Positions 46,844-56,367 of a stretch of 56,367 nt of DNA are shown here, piece after piece. The notes beneath the pieces are model-generated. The model made no database searches and had not been told where the DNA came from. It saw only the letters and a program-made list of their open reading frames with translations. Location of the stretch: assembly GCA_032718475.1 (NCBI GenBank), contig JAUCBJ010001331.1:1-56367 (forward strand), given 5' to 3'. Position numbers and translations under genes: made by a program. Position 1 is the stretch's first letter, and the number at the start of each line of letters is the position of its first letter. This DNA is from Nemertoderma westbladi (lineage: Eukaryota > Animalia > Xenacoelomorpha).

Positions 46844-46931
46844 ATTTCGGCCGTAAATGGCAAATTTCGGCCGAAAATATTTCGTGCGTAAATGGCAAAT
46901 TTCGGCTGTAAAAAGCAAATTTCGGCCGAAA
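46844..46931. repeat. Short tandem repeat of AAATTTCGGCCGTAAATGGC-like units
   Basis: Several imperfect copies; an inverted relative lies at about 43405-43432. Confidence 0.65.
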
Positions 46932-46955
46932 AATCTTAATTTGTTTTGTAATCTC

Positions 46956-48154
46956 TGTAAAAGCTTTTGTGGGATAACTGATTCGTTTGCCTGGCTGGCC
47001 AGTTCCCCCCCGGTCGCTAGAATACTCTAAAAGGGATCTATAGCTAAAATGGTGCAAGCTACCAGCTTATTGGCTGATGTGCTGTACGAAGGTATCTGGG
47101 TTCTGTTCGATCGGCCAACCAGCTTAGGGAGGTCGCCTCAGCCCTGCTGTCCGTATCGGCCAATAGAATTTGAGTGGGCGTTGATTTTGACCTATCCCAG
47201 AGCTACTGAACTGAATTTCCTATCTGTATGCTCATCCTCTGTGTTGGACGGGAGCTTCGGGGAATAAGGGTAGTTGGTATCCTCGTATAGTCATGTAGTC
47301 ATATGATTCTTCTTATGATTCTGTTGTTGTGTTCCCATTTTTCGCCATAACACCGGCTTTTGGGAAGAACTCTAGTGAAACTGCTTAAATTATAGAAGGT
47401 ATAACTGTTACCTAACTAACCAATCCCACCTAACTAATCTCACTTAATTTAACTGCACTAATCATATTGTTTGTACTGTTATTTACCGTCAGTTATTAAT
47501 TGTATAGATTTGTTGATGAAATATTGTCCTTTGGAGAATACGGATAAATCACCCAAATTTCCCAATTTTCTTGATACACTACAGGTTAGAGAGAAGGGTT
47601 ATACATAACAATTGCGATTTATATCAATGTGGTGTGTATTGAATCTAATGTTATTTAGCAGAGACTACATGAGTCAATTGCTGTTCTCTTTATGTGTGAT
47701 CAAATTTACTGACGGTCGGCAGAATAGTGTGCATGATTGTGATTGGTAACAAAGCATTTCCTAAAGAATGCGCCTTATACTTTAATTATAAGCATTATCG
47801 TTGCGTTTAGTATAAGTCCTAGCTCTGTTTAAATAGATAGAGCGCCACGTCCTAAAGGAACTGTTAATATTTCCCGAAAGCTAATAATATCTGTCAGAAA
47901 TTAATTATTAACGATCAATCGAATAATACAGTAGGTTTACACTGCAACCTTACACTGCAATAATAAAATTTAAGCATCCGAATTCAGCCTCCCGGGTGTA
48001 TCCATCGGGTGAATGATCGCGCATGGGCTGGCTTCGGCTAATGTTTTTGTTTATTAGCATAAAATATTGTCGTATGCTAAAGGTGTTTTAATTAACTAAA
48101 AGACATATAAATTTTGGCAGGTTAAACTGCCGAAGGTCTTCAAAAGCGCGAACA
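46956..48154 (+). repeat. E3 5' LTR (1199 bp)
   Basis: Termini and the 3' roughly 700 bp match the reverse complement of the E1/E2 LTRs; partner LTR not in window; predicted TSD ATCTC. Confidence 0.88.
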
Positions 48155-48165
48155 GTAACAGTTAT
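48155..48165 (+). promoter_or_regulatory. E3 primer-binding site position, non-tRNA type (GTAACAGTTAT)
   Basis: Abuts the LTR; exact inverted repeat of LTR 47401-47411 (ATAACTGTTAC). Confidence 0.8.
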
Positions 48166-48223
48166 CGATCTTATTGCAGTAAGCAATAAGGTTGCAAAAT
48201 ACCGTAGTGACCGGTAAACCTGA

Positions 48224-48350
48224 ACCGGTACTTCTGTAGGTCAGTAGGCCCAACTGTCAGAACCGGTACTGCTGTAGGTCCGTAGGTCCAACTGCCAGAA
48301 CCGGTACTTCTGTAGGTCTGTAGGCCCAACTGTCCTAACCGGTACTGCTG
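48224..48350. repeat. 38-bp tandem repeat (ACCGGTACT...) in the E3 leader
   Basis: About 3.5 units of CCGGTACTKCTGTAGGTCNGTAGGYCCAACTGYC; homologous array at about 35733-35850 in E2. Confidence 0.8.
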
Positions 48351-48526
48351 TATAAGTACATTAGTATTATTCGAATTTGATTAGTGCATACCGGTAGGCT
48401 GTTTAAGAGATTAGGGACTGTACACCCCTTGTTTCTTTTGGAGCTTACTTATTTCTGTCGGTTTTATTTCCTAGTAAGTTAATATTGAGCTGAAGACGTG
48501 TAAGTCTGCTCAGATTGTTCAGATAA

Positions 48527-49098
48527 TTGTAGGCTGAACTGCTGTCTGACTGTTGTTGGGTTTGGAGAGATTACGGTGTGTGTAGAGTTTGTCTGATAAA
48601 GTGCCGTTAGTAAGTTGGGGCAGCCATATGCTGTAAGGTCAATCCCCTCTTAAAGAATAAGTCGTACTACCGTGTTAGAACGCATACTAACTAACTATTT
48701 CAGAATCTGCATATACTGTAGTTTATTTAGGCTTGATCGTAGTCTGCCAGCGTTTTAGCCTGTGTTTGTTTGTGTGGTCTGTTCAGGTACCGTAATAGTT
48801 ATTACTCAGATATTTTGTAGGCTGGATTGTTGTCTAGCTATTATTAGGTCTGAAGAGATTGCTGTGTGTGTGGAGTTTGTCTGATAAAGTGCCGTTAGTA
48901 AGTTGGGGCAGCCATATGCTGTAAGGTCAATCCCCTCTTAAAGAATAAGTCGTACTACCGTGTTAGAACGCATACTAACTAACCATTTCAGAATCTACAC
49001 GTACGGTAGTTTATTTAGGCTTGGTGGTAGTCTGCCAGCGTTTGGTTTGTATTTTGTTTGAGTATTCTGTACGGGTAGCGTAATATTTATTATTCAGA
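48527..49098. repeat. 288-bp tandem duplication in the E3 leader
   Basis: GTGCCGTTAGTAAGTTGGGGC at 48601 and 48889. Confidence 0.85.
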
Positions 49099-50412
49099 GA
49101 TTGTGCGATTATTCGCAACATTCATGTCCCCAAGTTTATCCCTACAGTAATTGTGCTTGTTATACATACCGTTATAGTTAAATTAACCCCGGTACTACAC
49201 GGGCTGCTTGGCGTAGGACAAGACTGGTGACTTTGTGCTCTGGTCACTCCAGCAGATGCCGTGGTTCTTTTAACTGTTCAAGTATATTTAACTACTGATT
49301 ATTTGTTATACCGGTACTTGTACCTAATTTAGGGTTTAGTGTACAGTGCTTTCCGAAGTAATTAGTGTGTAGGCAGTATATTTGTGTTGTAAAGTGGTTG
49401 ATAGGCACATTCGTTAGCTCTATTAACTTCTGGGTAGGAACACTCCGTGATACATAACATAGTACCTATAGCGATACGGTTATAGGTCGTCAGGCGGTGG
49501 CATTTTCCTATCTGGACAGTGCAATATATTTACTACTACTTATTATTTCAAATACCGTAGTACCCTGTCCTTTGTAATAACCGGAAATCTAACCCTTTGT
49601 TAGGCTGGTTTGTAGACTTCCTGTAAAATTACCCTAAAAATTTCGTACGTAATATTTTGTTGTGTTTAATTAGAGAATTAATCTCATCCGTATCGTAAGT
49701 AATTTGTAGTATTAAGTAACTTAGGTAAATTAGAATTATCAGTTTTAGTGTCTCAATAAGTAACACTTCACTGAGAGCGCACAGCTTCTGTGTAGTGATT
49801 CCCCCAGAAATAATAACATTTATTTCAAATATTGACAAAAACCCATTTAAACGGGTGTATATCTATTATAAATCAACTCAAACGATTTATAAATAGTAGG
49901 CCTGCCATACAACAACTAGGTCTCAATATCAGTTGGACTACTGCTTAAATAACGGTAATAAAGTAAGTTAAAGTAACCAAGTAACCCTAAAATATTCAGA
50001 AATTCAATTATTCTAAAAATAATTGACATACCGGTACTTACCATAGGCTTATTATATTTATTTCTATAAATTTGAGCTGAAATCATACCGGTATTCTGTA
50101 ATTAATTCTAGTTCATAATTATACTTATATATACTATAAGTGTAAGCTGTATACCGGTATTCACGATAGGCCTATTATATATTTATATATTTGTGCTAAA
50201 ATTATATACCGGTACTCTGTGACAAATCTAGTCTGTAATAATACTTATATATATATTATAAGCATACCGGTATTCTAATATATTGTATATATATATCACG
50301 TTACACTGAGTAACGGTATCGGTAATAAATCACTAGGCTTGCGGTTATACTGAATTACCAGACTTGCTTTAACTGAAACTATAGTAGTAGACATTCAACT
50401 GTATAGCTAAAC

Positions 50413-53400
50413 ATGTCTGACACTCAGAAAAACCTGTCAGACAGTCTGATCGATACAACCATCTGTGACACAGATAGGAGTGTGGAACGATTAAGAAAGG
50501 AGTTCAGCTCACCCCCTACTGCAAGAAAGGTCATCCCTCCAGTAGTATCAGACCCTAGGCTAATCCACCATAGGTCCATCATAGGCACTCGGGCACAGGT
50601 CAAACGGAACCAAGAGGCAGCTGTCCTATCACAGCAACATCTTGGTCAAGAACCTGCTTCCCAGCGACCCGATAGCTCCAGTAGTTCGGATACTGTAGAG
50701 CTGACCCCCGAACGCGGAGTGCAGATGGCTGCTACAGTCTACTCGGACCCCCTTCTTACCCTTCCTGCTGCAGTGCTGACTACTATATTCATTGCAGTGG
50801 AGGAACATCAAGCCGACTGGGCGAGAAATAAGCGAGCGACTCAAGATAATTATGCGGGATACGCCAGGGAAGAATTGATGTCTATTGTCGAGTCACAATG
50901 GAACTTTCCCGGACTCGGACTCCCGTTGGATCTGTCCGAGGCTACTTGGGAAGATATACACAGGATGGGAGTGGCTAAAGATACAATGGATCCAGCTGTT
51001 TGGAAGAGGTCGGCAGCAGGATATGTGCAGGGATTCTTCGGCTCCTTGGAGCGATTGGAAGAACAACTGTTTAGACAACCTCAAGGACCTCAAGAGCAGG
51101 AAGAGCTGCTATACCAAGTACGCGAAAGAACCCTACGCATTCGACTAATCCTCTCAGCCTTTGAGGAAACTTCCAAAAGAAGACAGGACACGTCGCTGCA
51201 GGTTGCTGTCAAAACTTGGTTACATCGGGTAGGTCTCAAAGTACAGGAAACGGCCCAGTGGAAATCCCAGCTGGCTGAGAGATCAACCTATGAGGAACAA
51301 ACTGATGTCACCCTTTCTCAAGCGGAAAGCGAAGAGACCGCCGAGAAACCGCGAACTAGAGACGCTATCGACATTTATTTGTCCGACTATCAGCGATTCC
51401 TAGGAGATGAAGAGTTGAGGAGACGGCTGTCTGGACTTTCCCCTAATAGTGAAGGAACCAAGCTTGTGTTGGACTCAATCGATGCCGAAATGTTAGCTGC
51501 AAACCAAGCTGAATTTGATGAGAAACTCCGCCTCACAAGAGTCCGAGAAGAACAAGTAAAGAAAGAACGGATAGAGAAAAGAAAGGTGGCAGCAGCAGCG
51601 GCGGCAGAAGCAGAAGCCGAAAGAAAGGCGGCAGAAGCAGAAGCCGAAAGAAAGTCGGCAGAAGCAGAAGCTGAAAGAAAGGCGGCAGAAGCAGAAGCCG
51701 AAAGAAAGGCGGCAGAAGCAGAAGCCGAAAGAAAGGCGGCAGAAGCAGAAGCAGAAAGAAAAGCAGCAGTGGCAGAAGCAGAACGGAGAGCTTCTGAGGA
51801 GACTATCCAACTGGAGTTGGAAAATCTGCAAGAGACGCAAGACAGTATAAATAAACAGTTTACTGCTAATCAAATGCAGATGATGAGAAAATCTACTCCC
51901 AAGCGCCAGGGATACACATCCTCGGAGGAAGGCGAGACCACCGATCCTGAAGGCGGAGGAAATAGATCTCATCTAAGTAGGCGTAGAAAAACATCTTACA
52001 GTCGCAAATTGCCTGATTTGCCCCCAGCTGTTAGAAGACAGCTAGCTAGCACAGACTTGAGTAGTATAGAACCTACAGCCCAAAGTATTAAGGTCAAAAG
52101 ACTCCCTACAATAGTTGATGAGCCGGAAATAATTAGGCCTGTCGTTCCCAAAGTCACTTCTGTGTTAGAGACCCCTGTACTTCCAGAGCTTAACTCTAAA
52201 TTCCCTTTACATAGTACTACACTGCCTGTACCCGGTAGAACAGTCCAAGAGAATATCCCTGTCCAGATAGCAGAGAGAGAAATCAAAAATTTGTCTCCCG
52301 TCGTCCCGCGTCAGCCCGCTACTATGTTGGCGACTCCCGCTTCGGCGGTTGAGTGGGTAGAAGAGGGACGGCAGGGGATGAATCTCCTGCTAGGACAGAT
52401 GCAGGAGACTGTCCACCAACTTAAGGGAACAGTGAGGGAAGGTAGAGCAGAGTTGCAAGAAGTGCAGCAAAGTATCGCACTAGAACGCGACAAATTAGTC
52501 AATATCCAAAAGGGCATACCAATACCCCCTGTAACATTGTGTCAACCTGTTAGGTCTGAAGTATTACATGCGCAAGGTGTGGAGCCTACACGCATCTATA
52601 CTGCTAGTGAAGTAGAAACTCCTATAGCAAACCCTATTAAGGGTGATTATAGACCTGTTATTAATGATATTCCCTATAGACCTGATAATGATCCGAGAAA
52701 TTTATATACCGATAATTCGATATTAAATAACACGATGGCCCAAGAAAGCTTTACGCGTCAGATGGCTAGAACAGAAGCCCGCCAAGCGGTCAAAGTGGGA
52801 GAGATCGTCAAATTCAATGGAGATGAGATGAAATGGTTACCTTTCAACGAATATTACAAAGATAGCATGCAGAACTCTGTACTATCTAACGGAGAGAAAC
52901 TTAGATTCCTCATCAAGTGCTTGGAAGGACCTCACAAGTTAATGGCGTTAACATCCAGATGGATTAAGACAAGTTTGGGATACATTAAACATCAGGTATG
53001 GTAACAAGGATAACATAGCTAAGTATTTGTATGCAAAATTAGTAGCCCCCCGACACTTCCTTAGTAGCGGGATTATAGAGTTTTCCGATGAAATTCAAGA
53101 GATCTGTAGACAACTGGACTGGTTAGGTAAGTCGCATGAATATCAGAGTTCCATGGTTATTGGAGCCGTAGTCTCTACTTTACCAAAGGGTGGAGTATGT
53201 ACACGCTGGGACAAGAAAGTGTTGTACATGAATGAACAACAACGACGAAGTCCTACCATGGCTGATCTCATGTCCTTCTTAGATGGTGAGGTTAAACTAC
53301 AACTCATCAAGCAGTCCAGAGAGAAAACATCGGAAAATAAGGTAAGTGAGAAACCCGCTTCTAGGAGGAGAGTAACACCGGTGTGTTACACTGACGACGG

Positions 53401-55428
53401 CGAAAGCCAAGCTTCTCAAGAAGAGGACAGCGGGAAAGACACCGATCGATCTTACTACGTTGAAAAAACCTCAAAAGACGTAAGTAAATACAAGGCTCGA
53501 AACAACGATAGGAGAGAACAGGTTGCCAAGACCCCTCCTCAGTCTCCTAACAGAATGCACCGAAGAAAACCCGAAGACAAAACGAGAGTGCATCAAGTTA
53601 CCCAAGGTAAAGTGAGTAACATAAAACCTAACTGTGCGCTGTGCGACGGGACCCACCGTTTGAGTGCGTGTGCTGAATTTCTGAAGAAATCCCTAGTAGA
53701 CAGACGTACAGTCGTGTGGGATAAGCGGTTATGCTATAATTGCCTCAGACCAGGACATCAACGGCGAACCTGTTACTCCGACATAAAGTGTGCAAAGTGT
53801 GGCGCGAAACATCACATCTTGTTACACAGTGAGTTCGAACGAGACAGACAGAGTCAGGTAAGTGAGCCCGAACTACATGTCCAATTTAGTGACGTAAACG
53901 ACACTGATCAAGAGTCTGAGATGGAAGGATTCTATACTGACGAATTCTCTGACGCCAATGAATCCTGTTATCTAATAAATACCGCAGTGTATCGAGCACT
54001 TACTTACGAAAAGGACATCAACGATGAGTTTTCCCCAACTACTTTCGCCAAACAACCCTCTTGGAAAGCTCCAGCTTCCAACGTAGGAATCAGAGAATTT
54101 CCTGTAGTTCAAGTAAGAGTTCACGGTCTTAACAAAAGCTACATAGTGAACGCCCTCCTTGACTCCGGCAGCACAGGAACATTCATCGATCAAGAACTAG
54201 CCGAAGATATCTTTGCTGGACAACCCAAGTTCCGGACTAAATTGAATATGTCAGGAATTATGCAGGTTTGGAAATCTACCCTAACGGCAGATTACTATGT
54301 AGGTGTGTTGTCCACCCCCCAGGATAAGTTAGGAACACAAGGTATAAGGTCAGTAAAAATGGTGGCTATAAAGAACTTTGCTACTACTCAAGCAGACCTT
54401 TATAATTGGGACGAGGATGAGAGCATCCAACATCTTAAGATACCTCGATTCCAGACAGATTATCCTGGAGTGCAAATACTCATCGGCCAAAACGCGCACG
54501 AGGCGCTCGAAACATTAGAGAAACGGCCTGCTCAACCACAACCACTGCAAACCTATGCGGTAAGAACTAGAGTAGGTTGGTACTTTACTGGCCCTTCCCG
54601 TAGAACTCTCGAAGAGAGAATGCCACACGAACAAATATATCAAGTAAACGATTGGGAAGTGGAAAGCAGTGAGGTGGACGAACTAACTGAGGGAACACCA
54701 TACTCCTCAGATAATGACGACATCTACCAACTCTTCGAAGAAGAGAACACAATTGACCTACTTACAGAGAATCAAACTTGGAAAAACCAAGCGAACCTAT
54801 GTCAACTGATTCGCCCAACGGAATCCATTATTTATAATGACGAACTTAATGACGAGGTAGAGCGCTACAACGCTAGAACTCGGGACGAACTCGCCGTACG
54901 ATTCTTTACCCAAGAATTAGTAGAACCCAATTCATACGACAAAGCCCTGTCGATAGAAGAAGAAAGAGCCAAGCAAATCCAGGAAACAACCACACGTTTT
55001 TTAAAAGATCAAGGTAGATATGAAATCGGACTACCCTTCCGAAAGCGGGAAACCAGATTTATAAATAACAGACCCTTGGCTGAGAAAAGAATCAATCAAT
55101 TACATCGACGTCTTACGGCAAACGCTTCAGCTAAGGAAATGTACCAAACTCAGTTGAAGAAATTTATCACAAAAGGATATGCGGAGCGAGTACCGGAAGG
55201 AACTCCAATAACTGAAAGAACTTATTATCTAACACATCATTACGTTCCCAAACCCGGTAAACCCCATGAAGTACGGATCGTATTTGATGGCTCCGCCCTA
55301 TATATGGGCCAATCCCTCAACTCCGAGTTGTTACCAGGACCCAACTTGCTCCAATCTTTGTTGGGAATACTTTTAAGATTAAGACAATATTCCATCGCGT
55401 TCGCCTCTGATATAGAAGGAATGTTCTT
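50413..55428 (+). pseudogene. E3 gag-pol (Gag, protease, start of RT), frameshifted near 52950 and truncated by LINE insertion
   Basis: ORFs 50413-53004 and 53027-55432 are collinear with the E2 polyprotein; small deletion in the LKFIGHP codons. Confidence 0.93.
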
Positions 55429-56367
55429 CTGACTGATTGATTGACGGCAGTATGACTGAATACCGGTAACATCTGAAATTCCCTGCCTGCTGTTCTGCCA
55501 TAAACTTGACATCTTTAGGCCTACTACATCTACCACTATAAGCAGATAACTCTGTAGCGGTTTGATAGACTACAATAGACCAACTTTCAACCCCATCCCA
55601 CACATGGCGCCCAAACGTAGTGGGAATCAGAATCCGGACTCGTCCGAAAAAATTGACAAACTCGAGGACTGGATAAAGACCTTGGTACTGGAAGTCAGAA
55701 CCATGGATGGAAATGTAAAAAACTTGGAAAAGTCCATAAAAGCTATTCCGGATCTACAGGAAGCAATAAGCGGCTTAATAAGCGATAACAAAGCTCTAAG
55801 GAAAGAAAACAAACGATTGATAGACGCCAATGATAAATTGGACCAATACATGAAACGACACAACGTTCTTCTCCATGGAATTAACGAGGGATCCGTCGAG
55901 GATACCAACCGTATAGTTTACGAGCTGCTAGAGAAACTAGGAATCCCACGAAACGAGGTTGACCTATTCCATCGACTAGGGCCACCTAAGAACGACCGCA
56001 CCAAATGTCGACCAATAATTATACGCTTTATTGGGCACTCTACTCGTCACATCGCCTTCCGAAACCGCAAACAACTTCCGGAAGGTGTTTACTTATCTGA
56101 TCATCTTACCTTGTTAAGGGCAACTCTCCTGCGCGATGCTCTTAAGCTAAAGACTAACAAGAAAGTTGCAGCGGCATATTCAACCAACGGTTCAGTTTAC
56201 GTCCGTATGTCAGCAGACCGGAACGATATTCCGATATTAATCTCATCGCAGGAAGACATTGCTTACCTTCAGCAATCTCGTGACATTCCCAAGTCTAACC
56301 AAACAAGGCATAATGGGAACCAGTCCACTAATCGCCTCCCTCGCGGCCGTCCTTCTGGTCGTCCTAT
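55429..56367 (+). mobile_element. 5' end of a LINE (CR1/L2/L1-type ORF1), continuing beyond the window
   Basis: Abrupt junction at 55428/55429, 175-bp 5' UTR, then ORF1. Confidence 0.85.
55604..56367 (+). CDS. LINE ORF1 protein (coiled coil-RRM-CTD, L1-ORF1p/Tnp22-like), open to the window end
   Basis: Manual translation MAPKRSGNQ...DKLDQYMKRHNVLLHGINE...FHRLG...RPIIIRF...VYLSDHLT...YSTNGSVYVR. These are hallmark ORF1p motifs; it is absent from the ORF track because no stop lies in the window. Confidence 0.88.
   Translation, partial: MAPKRSGNQNPDSSEKIDKLEDWIKTLVLEVRTMDGNVKNLEKSIKAIPDLQEAISGLISDNKALRKENKRLIDANDKLDQYMKRHNVLLHGINEGSVEDTNRIVYELLEKLGIPRNEVDLFHRLGPPKNDRTKCRPIIIRFIGHSTRHIAFRNRKQLPEGVYLSDHLTLLRATLLRDALKLKTNKKVAAAYSTNGSVYVRMSADRNDIPILISSQEDIAYLQQSRDIPKSNQTRHNGNQSTNRLPRGRPSGRP

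Larger units (their letters stand above)
46956..55428 (+). mobile_element. BEL/Pao LTR retrotransposon copy E3 (5' part; interrupted within RT by a LINE)
   Basis: LTR TGTAAAAGC...GCGCGAACA homologous to the E1/E2 LTRs; leader and gag-pol homologous to E2; BEL similarity stops after GMF at 55428. Confidence 0.95.

Noticed and set aside
48490-48860. CTGAAGA motifs as possible hammerhead ribozyme cores
   Set aside because: No correctly placed stem II plus GAAA seen by eye.
55605-55614. TGGCGCCCAA after CA, resembling a tRNA-Lys PBS
   Set aside because: It is the ATG GCG CCC AAA start of LINE ORF1; the match breaks after 10 nt and the downstream protein is ORF1p, not Gag.

Overview
Eukaryotic (probably invertebrate animal) transposon-dense region with no recognisable host gene. 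It holds three diverged copies of one long BEL/Pao LTR-retrotransposon family: E1 2750-19096 (-, degenerate, TSD TTCTG), E2 21695-37135 (-, intact 2698-aa Gag-Pol, TSD ATCTT, 3' end deleted internally) and E3 46956-55428 (+, interrupted by a LINE whose ORF1 runs off the window end). Also present are a very young Ty3/Gypsy-like element (37964-42353, identical 175-bp TA...TA LTRs, TSD CCGCG) inserted into a decayed RLE-type non-LTR element, nested TTAA-targeting MITEs, and LINE remnants. The most striking signal is that the BEL family has no tRNA-type PBS. Instead the 11-14 nt abutting each 5' LTR are perfectly complementary to a motif at an equivalent position inside the same element's own LTR, with compensatory changes across the three copies, which points to Tf1-like self-primed reverse transcription in a BEL/Pao lineage. 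The family also carries an unexplained non-Env accessory ORF with a Cys/His cluster, and the Gypsy-like element has a PBS matching the 5' end rather than the 3' end of a tRNA. All alignments were done by eye.
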